Shown here in pieces: positions 35,633 through 43,819 of a stretch of DNA of 43,819 bases. The stretch's first letter is position 1; every line of letters starts with the position of its first letter. The notes under the pieces were generated by a model that had not been told where the DNA came from, searched no databases, and saw only the letters and a program-made list of their open reading frames with translations. Origin of the DNA: Octopus bimaculoides (lineage: Eukaryota); assembly GCF_001194135.2 (NCBI RefSeq), contig NC_068998.1:25451507-25495325 (forward strand), given 5' to 3'. The translations under genes and the position numbers were made by a program.

Positions 35633-36043
35633 GGATCTTTTCCCTTTCAACGGCAGATCGAGAAATTATATTTTTGTAACTAAACACCTTCAAAACTTCA
35701 ACGATTATGGATGTGCCATGAATTAAACATGTTTATTCCTACAAACGTAACTGAGATGAAATATGTCAGAAATAACAGTAACAAACGAAATATGCACCGC
35801 CGATATTTGTTGCTGACAAGCAACGGCAGTAATTTTATTCAGTTGAATACACGTCATTCATTGGTTGAAATTACCGAAATACGACTACTTTAACACGAAA
35901 CAACTTTGAAAATAGAAACTGATCTCAATAACACTAAGAGTAAAAGATGTTTTATATGATACGTTCTACTAGTGTCCGAAGTTTGAAAGTGTTTAGTTAC
36001 AAAAAATTAATTTCTCGATCTGCCGTTGAAAGGGAAAAGATCC
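35633..36043. mobile_element. MITE with ~67-bp TIRs and target-site duplication
   Basis: GGATCTTTTCCCTTTCAACGGCAGATCGAGAAATTA...AACTTC (35633-35699) is inverted at about 35977-36043. Flanks are GGTGGAAG and CGTGGAAG. Confidence 0.9.
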
Positions 36044-36892
36044 CGTGGAAGTAGTATATGAAATCTAAATTTGCAATTTCATTTTTTTTGTCAGAATTGG
36101 TATCTTCGTCGCTGAAAACATCGGTATCGGGGAAAAAAAAAAAACAAATAGCGAAAAGGGATGGAATGTTTATAGTACATTTACGCTAAAAATATAACTG
36201 ACAGGGTTTTGTCCACTTTTGCACTTTCATTTAAGGGGTTTGGTCCGAGGGTTTTTTTCCTAAGGGGTATTTTTATACACCAAGGACTTATAATATTCAC
36301 TGGACTAAAAAGACGAAAGAAATACAAAAATTAATGTAAATTATGCTTTAAAAGATTAGGTCAATCCTGGTGAGCTAGTGACGTGAAGTTGCTTTCTCAT
36401 ACATGCAAGCAATGTAGACAATAAAAAAAAAACTTTCGAATGTATATCTAACCGCATTTGAACCTGAACTCAGTGTACTAGTCAGATGATCAACATATAT
36501 GGCTTAAAAGAACCGTTGCATATGTAAACATCTGTGAAAAGAAGTCCATGAAATCATTTGTTCATTCGGGATACTTGGAAGCGTGTGTTCTATATAGCTA
36601 ATTTTGGTAAAAATAATTGAACGTGGATAATAATTGTCTTCTTTCTTCATTCCATAGCAGGCAACAATATGCACAGTCGGAAAAATGAAGAAACTTACAA
36701 ATATACATGTATATATGTGTGTGTATGTATGTGAGTGTATGTGTTATGTCTGTATGTATCAGTGTGTGTGTGTGTGTGTGTGTATGTGTGTGTATAAACG
36801 TGTGCACACGTATGAATATAAACCGGCATGCAGATACGTATGTATGTTAACACTCGCATATACATCTCGGCATGCGTGAAATATTGATTTCA

Positions 36893-37015
36893 AATTTTTG
36901 CACAAGGCCAGCAACGTCGGGCTTGGGCAGGTCGATTACATCGATCCCAATGTTCAAATGGTACTCATTTTATCGAGCCTCAAAGAATAAAAGGCAAAGT
37001 GGACCTCAGCGGAAG
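36893..37015 (-). mobile_element. tRNA-derived SINE (family A), 3' part
   Basis: GCACAAGGCC...GTCGATTACATCGATCCCA...GGTACTCATTTTATCGAG...AAAGGCAAAGTGGACCTCAGCGGAA matches the family. Confidence 0.8.
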
Positions 37016-38689
37016 TGCAGCTTGCGATTTTAAGGCATGACAGAAATATAAGATAGAAAAAATAGATCATCCTGAAGTTCCGCTTTGTTGTACAACTATG
37101 TAAGGATATATAGCTATGTAAAACCTCATTTCTATATATTTTGAGAATTTCAAAACCCGAACAAAGCTCTTTTTCATACCATACATATTTGTACCACACA
37201 TAGGTATGTACGTATATGTTTGTGTGTATGTGTGACTGAGAGAGTGAATGGGAATGACTTACTTTCGGCTGTGCCCACTATTATCAGAACAATGTAGAAA
37301 ATTGCCGAAAAAATATTATCAGAATTTACATACGATTCTTATTATATCAATCTTATACGAAGAATATATTTTATGATATATTTCTGGAGGAGAAACTATT
37401 GATATAATAATGTGAAATGCGTATAAATATTGGAATTTACATTATAGCTTATATGCTTAACAATTTTTTTCCATGTTTCCAAAGATTTGCACAAAGAAGA
37501 TAGTTGATCTATTACTATGCTAGTTTTTATATACTTTTGCTTAGAAAAAAAACGCCTATGTATATTCACAAATTTTCCATTGTACACGATGGCTATATAA
37601 TTTCAATATATCACACTGGCAAGGAAAGAAATAAAACATGGTCCTAAAGGCTTAAAAGAAAACAAAACTTAATATTCATGTCAATACTGAACACAAAACA
37701 AACTTTCTATGTAAAAAAAATTCTAGAAATAAAAAGTTATCGTTTCTTATATATATATATTCTTATACATTAGAATATGTATCTTATATGAGTAATGAAT
37801 GCGAATAACAGGTGTAAGTAACAGAGTTACACTACCGAGTCGCTTTATTCAACTTTAATTCAACTGAAACGTCTAGTTAATATGTAGTTTTAACATATAA
37901 TGCAGTAATTAGTGGTTCAATAATGAATAATCCTGACCGTCAATAAATGTCACTGCTGAAATCTCAAAGGATAACAATGTTACGAATTGTCATCTTGGTA
38001 ACATCATAATACTGAGAACGTTATAGAATTTGAATATTGGACGTATAATTAATTTAACTCAGATTTTAGTAATAAATTTATTTTCCATATCATTTCAAAT
38101 GCCCGCTCATACATTTCCATAATGTTATAATAAAACAGCAATAATTTGTATTCCCTCACTGTTGGTATACCTTACAGACAGAAAATGTGTTCAATATCAG
38201 TTACCTGAATTTACTCAGACAAACTGTATATATTATGAAAGTATTTGTTATGTACTGTAGGGTTTTCTGAGATGGATTACTGAAAGAAATATATCAATAT
38301 TTAAAGAATTTTAACCTACACGAAACTTGATGAGAGGGTATCTCCCAATGCGCGTTGAAAAAATGCTTAAAGCACTAATGCATGTGTTATTCATTGGCAA
38401 AAATTACCATTCCATCAGTAAGCATTTGTTTCAAAAATGAGTTCATGTCAAAAATTTCGTACGACACATATAAAAGCCAGTTAAACAATTAACTTATTGA
38501 CTGTTTGATTAATTTTATGATCAATCTATCGATCGATCCGCTGAATCGTCAAAATCCTTTCGTCGCTATTCCTGACCTGTCCAATTACTTGCTCTCGATA
38601 CTCCAGGTTCGATCGAAATATCCAGAGAGCAACCAATTAGCTAACCGCTTAATTGAATAAATAGTTGATTAACAAGACTGAAGTTATTG

Positions 38690-39560
38690 ACTGAAAAGAG
38701 TATAGTGCGTACCGTAGAACTTCCCACACGAGTTCTTGAATAGCTATTTTGGCCAAATTAGCGACGCAAGAACAAGACCGGTCGTGTTTACTGAACGTAA
38801 AGCTCTGCATTGAACGTGTTGTTCATTAAAAAAACATTTCGTAGAAGATGAGTCCTTCCCAATCCCATCAAACGCAGATCATTGCTTTGTGGAGATGAAA
38901 CTGTGGCTCGAATCGAGGCCTTGCTTGCTTGTCCGGAGTCAGTCATTCATTCCTCTGCTTCATATTGACATAAAACACGATGCTTTATCGCTAGTGGCGA
39001 TGCAGTAAACAACTTATTTGTGTCTGCGAGTAGTCATGTCCAACAAGCAAACAGGCAGAGATAGAGGATCTCCGGAGTTTGTGACTTTCGTTCAGACTTT
39101 GTGGTACACATGTACGTAGCATTTGGACAATACCCAAAGAGTGAAAGTTATAGGCGACAGTATCATGAGAGCATCACATCGTTGAAAATTGATATAGATC
39201 GTTCAGCCGATACTCGTTGAACAGATCGGCTCGAAGTCGGACAGTCTGTTAGGTCTACTTGAAGCGTGAAAAATAATTATGTGCAGTTATTTCTTTCATT
39301 TAATGTGCCTTCTTCGTTTAAATCTCAAATATCTCAAGCGGATTTGAAAGCTTTGAAACTTTCATCGAAACCAAAGAGAAATATATGTCGAAAATGCCCC
39401 CTTTTCTCTACTTCATACTTCTTCATCATAAGTTTAAGAAAAGGTAAAATTTATTCAAGTTTCAAAAGCCCCAAAAATTCAACAGAAGTTGTGGACGACA
39501 CATACAGCTACGAAAAAGTTTAAAAAACGCAACAGAAAAGATCTTTGTGACAAATATTTT
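38690..39560 (-). mobile_element. Decayed mariner transposon with internal deletions
   Basis: Minus translation segments: EKRGHFRHIFLFGF; CVPQSLNESHKLRRSSISACLL; FYVNMKQRNE*LTPDKQA; HKAMICV*WDWEGLIFYE; VANLAKIAIQELVWEVLRYALYS. Boundaries are approximate. Confidence 0.82.
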
Positions 39561-39632
39561 CATGTTAATTCAAATAAGAAAGACACTAAAGAATTTATTT
39601 GACTAATCAGTATTTAGGAATTTATCTTTAAG

Positions 39633-39785
39633 CTCTGAGTTTAAATTTCGCCGGGGTCGACTGTGCCTGTCATGCTTTCGGGGTTGATAAATTAAGTACC
39701 AGTTGCGTATTGGGATCGACCTAATGGACTGGTCGCCTCCCCAAGAATTTCGGGCCTCCTTGTGCCTAGAGTAGAAAAGAATATT
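39633..39785 (+). mobile_element. tRNA-derived SINE (family A), 5' truncated, with (AGAT)n tail
   Basis: CTGAGTTTAAATTTCGCCGGGGTCGACTGTGCC...TTTCGGGGTTGATAAATTAAGTACCAG, followed by (AGAT)n at 39805-39870. Confidence 0.85.
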
Positions 39786-39803
39786 GCGTGTATGTGTAAG
39801 TAT

Positions 39804-39854
<51 letters not shown>

Positions 39855-39970
39855 CATAGATAGATAGATAAGCCTTTGGAAAGTAAAAAGGTCCCGTGTT
39901 AAACCATTTATCTTTGCGGACAGTACCTTGTGGTCCAATCTTGTTAATGCATTATTATTTCTCCTTACAG

Positions 39971-40285
39971 ATTACAGTATATCAAATATTTTTAGCAACT
40001 AGCTATGGCGTCAACACCAGAATCAGAAGAGACGTGTAATTTTACAAAGAGGTCATATTCTGGATTAGCTTTATACTGGACTTTGTCAGCCTACAATTGT
40101 ACAAAACCTCATGATTCCTCAGTCTCTTTTCCACAGTCAATGGTGCGACGCACAATACGTCGACAAAGGAAAGAAATCAACAGCATCCCACTCAGGTTGA
40201 CCTGTCCCAAAGCAATCTGGTGTCTTTGGGCTGTCGAGCGGAATGCTGAAAATAATCCCTGTTCTAAAGCAGCTGACTTTGCAGA
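39971..40285 (+). CDS. Candidate exon of an unidentified host gene (coding from ATG 40005)
   Basis: Acceptor TTTCTCCTTACAG| at 39970 and donor GA|GTAAGT at 40286. A 94-codon ORF stops only inside the putative intron. An alternative acceptor CTTTTCCACAG| at 40136 is in frame. No protein family was recognised. Confidence 0.35.
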
Positions 40286-40379
40286 GTAAGTCCCCATGAG
40301 TAGCTTATGGAGGTTACTCCATCAGTTTGATTACAAAAGTAGAGCAGCCTTTAGGGGATCTGTTCTACCGCTATCAAAA

Positions 40380-40990
40380 TATCTCAAGAAGAAGGCAGAA
40401 ATAAAGTTTTCGAATATTATGATGCTTATTTACTTGCTGCACGCTTCTGGTGGATCACTGCGTTTTATTTATCCAGCTAGTCACGGTACACATCTGAACA
40501 AATGATCTTGTCCCGGGGATGAAACGCATAAAAGAAAATTACCTTCCAAACTCCTTAAATTGCAAGCGTATTTTTCTTCGATTGAGGTCCTGCTTTGAAG
40601 GTTTTTTGTAGTGGTTCACCGCGCTTCTCATCGACACCATTCTCTTCATATACGTATACTCTTCTTCACCTGTCTAAATCGAATCACACATGGAAATCAG
40701 TTGGGCGAATTTAAACTCATTCAAATGATATGGGATCCAAACATCGAGCATACTCAATGAAATTAATGCAGATGGTTTGCCACATTCGATTTGGATATTT
40801 GAGGAATATCTGGATCATCCTATTCGAATTACATGGGGTGAGGCTAAATAATGGGGATGATCGAATAACGGGGTTTTGTGTCGGTTGGCCGGCCAAGGAG
40901 TGGTAATTTTTCAGCGAAAAATGTCCAAAGATTTTCAAAACCATTTCCGGTATAGAAGTTCAGTAACCGCATTGTTTCTGAAAAAAAAAC
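40380..40990 (-). mobile_element. Decayed mariner transposase fragment (mellifera-like)
   Basis: Minus translation segments: GHFSLKN..LGRP; ISKSNVANHLH; WIPYHLNEFKFAQLISMCDS; PSKQDLNRRKI; WKVIFFYAFHPRDKIICSDVYRD*LDK*NAVIHQKR. Confidence 0.75.
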
Positions 40991-41264
40991 ACACATAATG
41001 TCAAGCTTTGTACCCTTTTTCTTTTTTTCTTTTTTTGAAGGGACAAAAGCTTCAAATGCCGATAGGAATGGTTTTAGTTCGCCTTCAGAGTGAACCCAGA
41101 CGCATGAAATACTAACTGTCTTGAAGGTAAGTTCGAGACGAACTACGATAGAGAATAAAGCATCTACCAAGTGCACATACGCAAAGGACAGTCTGAAGTT
41201 AGCTATCGGTTAGTACAAGAAGGTTAGTGCCGACAAAAATAGAAAGGATTGTTTGGTAAGCCCA

Positions 41265-41350
41265 GTACATACATACATATACGTACATAACACACACATG
41301 CATACGTACAATCGTACAAATATTACATACATACATATATACATACATAC

Positions 41351-41443
<93 letters not shown>

Positions 41444-41465
41444 TGTGTATGTGTGTGTGTGTGTA
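41265..41465. repeat. Compound (TACA)n/(TA)n/(TG)n microsatellite
   Basis: Visible tandem repeats. Confidence 0.95.
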
Positions 41466-41639
41466 TAAAAGATAAAATAAAGTGAAAAAACTACACAAGG
41501 CTTGTGTTATATGGTTAAAGTATATATTTAAATCGTTATGTTAGAAAAATGTTAGAAAATTTTGAGTATACAAACATTACAGTTAAGTCTTGGAAGAGGC
41601 ATTATGCCGGTGATAAACACACGCACTGGTTCAATCCTT

Positions 41640-41773
41640 TATTATTCCAAACGATGTGATCTTGGCTTCAATCCTGCTGGGTAACACGTCGTGCAAGTGT
41701 CTTCCATTTAGCCCCTGGTAGACCATAGCCTTGTGAAAGGATTTGACAGACACAAACAGAAAAACTCCCACCG

Positions 41774-41838
<65 letters not shown>

Positions 41839-41846
41839 GTCTATCT
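41640..41846 (+). mobile_element. SINE (family B) relic with (TATC)n tail
   Basis: GCAAGTGTCTTCCATTTAGCCCC...GACCATAGCCTTGTGAAAGGATTTGACAGAC resembles the family of 34478-34610. Confidence 0.65.
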
Positions 41847-42063
41847 AGGTGCGCGAGCGTGTGTGTATTTGAAAAAAATATAGAATTGTCTTTTCTTATA
41901 ATTTTTCAATTAAACATAACATTATTAAAATGGAAAACTTATTCGAAACGTCATTTCTATTTATTTGTTAAATAAATCATACTGTACCATGGATTCTGTA
42001 TTTCTTTTTCCACTTTCTCTCGTTCTCTCTCTCTCTCCCTCTTTGCCTATATATATATATATT

Positions 42064-43689
42064 AATAAAAGAAGGAAAATGCACACACTTTACATAGAGT
42101 TTTAATATAATATTTAGTATATATTATATTGTATTTGTCATGACTAGCGAACGCTGATCATGACATTTAAATTATTGTAATTTCGTATTTTCTTAAGAAG
42201 ATTTTAGTCCCTGATGTGTGTAGACTAGTTTGCGAATGAATGATTCAACTCGTGGAAAAATCTAAGGGTGTGTAATTGCTCAACTTTCAGGGAGGGGATT
42301 AATAAATATATATAGACAAAAAGACAAAAGGTAATTAGTGAGATAAATTATGTACAGTAGCGAGTATGTGATCATGAATTAAAATATCAACTGCGACAAA
42401 AGTAGAGTATGCGTTCTGTATTTTTCATTGAAATATCTTTATTTAAACGTTCTTCAATAGAAATTGTTTCTTTGCACTGGTAGAAGGGGAAAACTGTGAA
42501 GTTTCGTTGGATATTAACTGCACATCTCTTTATGTGTTCACTCAAATGAATCTGTCTGTATTGCGGGAACCAGATCTGTTACTTGTGTAGCGTGGTTCTC
42601 TGTCACAGTGTCATATTGTCGGTCTTATATCGTTATGTCCACAATCCGAGCAAGTTATACGATAAGCAGAAGTGCAGTTGGTTTTAATTGTGAACCTCTC
42701 TCCTTGTTTGAATAGGAATTCCGTGCACCTTCCATTAAGTTGGGACATGTTCCACAGTTTAGGCATTCACGTTTTCTAACCGTTGGTTTCGTGGTTGTTG
42801 CGTAAGGTCTTGCATCTGTATTGAATCTTCCATTTCATGCCAGAATGTTGTTCAGTTTTGGATCTCTAGTGAGCAAAGGCAGGTTTGTACAATAGTGTTG
42901 TAAGCCTCAATATTTCTAGGTTTGTGAGAGTTTTGCAATGGAGTGTGGGGTTACGTTTTGTTACTCTTAGCGTTTTAATGTTTAATTTCTTAGCTCTCTT
43001 AATTCCATGGCCTATAAGTGAGAGAGGATATTGTCTTTCAGCTACTTTTGTTCTGAGGTTTTGAAGACGAAGGTCGAAAGTATTTCTATCAGACGCTATT
43101 TTGCAAATCTTTTTTGCTAAATTAATGCGGATATTTCTTTTGATGTGTTTTAAGTGGCATGAATTAAACAGGAGATATTGCTTCGAGTCCGTTAGTTTAT
43201 GATAAATGCCAGTCATAATTTTGTTGTTGACGGTTTTTTACCATAATGTCCGAGGTAGGGAGTTGTTCTTTGCTATAGTCTATTGTAAATTTAAGAATAG
43301 GGTTTATATTATTTAGTATTGATTTAGATTTCAAAAGTTTATCGATGGTCTCCTTCCAAATGATAAACGAGTCATCCAGGTATCGTTTCCAGTTCTCTCC
43401 TATATAATGGTGAAATAGATATCCATATTTTTACAGTGACACTACGTATGTGACGAATTCAAAATATCCTATTATTAGGTTCGCAAGAACAGGGGCTGGT
43501 TTTGTTCCCATCGTAATTTAACATTTTTGACGATATGGACAACATGGACTAAAATCTTCTGAAGAAAATAGGAAATTACAATAATTTCAATGTCGTGATT
43601 AGTAAGAGCGGAACCGGTCGACAAACAATATAGAATATATTTTAAAATATATCAAAATTATGTAGTGTGTACATTTTCCTTCTTTTATT
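42064..43689 (-). mobile_element. 5'-truncated Penelope-like element flanked by inverted pseudo-LTRs
   Basis: Minus-strand RT C-terminal half (YRQKC*ITMGTKPAPVLANLIIG; WKRYLDDSF at 43371-43382), thumb (ORF 42866..43216) and NCGTCP plus a GIY-YIG relic. The segment 42064-42210 is an inverted copy of 43546-43689. Confidence 0.9.
43591..43623 (+). ncRNA. Degenerate minimal hammerhead-like motif in inverted pLTR
   Basis: TGTC-GTGATTA-GTAAGAGC-GGAA-CCGG-TC-GACA. Stem I and the palindromic CCGG loop are present, but both core segments are mutated. Confidence 0.45.
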
Positions 43690-43754
43690 TCATATATGTA
43701 GTTTTTGCATTACAACTCACCACGTGGGGACAATCGAAATTCCTCTCTCTTTGG

Positions 43755-43788
43755 TACCATATATACATATATATACATATATACATAC

Positions 43789-43819
<31 letters not shown>
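43755..43819. repeat. (TA)n/(TACA)n microsatellite
   Basis: Visible tandem repeats at the window end. Confidence 0.95.

Overview
AT-rich eukaryotic genomic DNA from a draft assembly with nine N gaps, most bordered by microsatellites. It is most likely a coleoid cephalopod (Octopus-like); this is inferred from recalled SINE/MITE families and repeat density, not from a search. Most ORFs in the supplied track are microsatellite or N-run artefacts, and no host gene is identifiable with confidence. The best candidate is an orphan exon at 39971-40285 (+). The window is dominated by decayed mobile DNA. There are three Penelope-like elements (PLEs; RT with YLDD, GIY-YIG endonuclease, Neptune-type Cys linker), one nearly full length and one flanked by inverted pseudo-LTRs. 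There are also five mariner relics, a DD37D (maT) transposase fused to an irritans-type mariner, three MITEs and about eight tRNA-derived SINE copies. The most notable signal is a set of hammerhead-ribozyme-like motifs. One has a nearly intact minimal core (13198-13266) and four are relics at PLE ends. Two of them lie just 3' of long fold-back hairpins.
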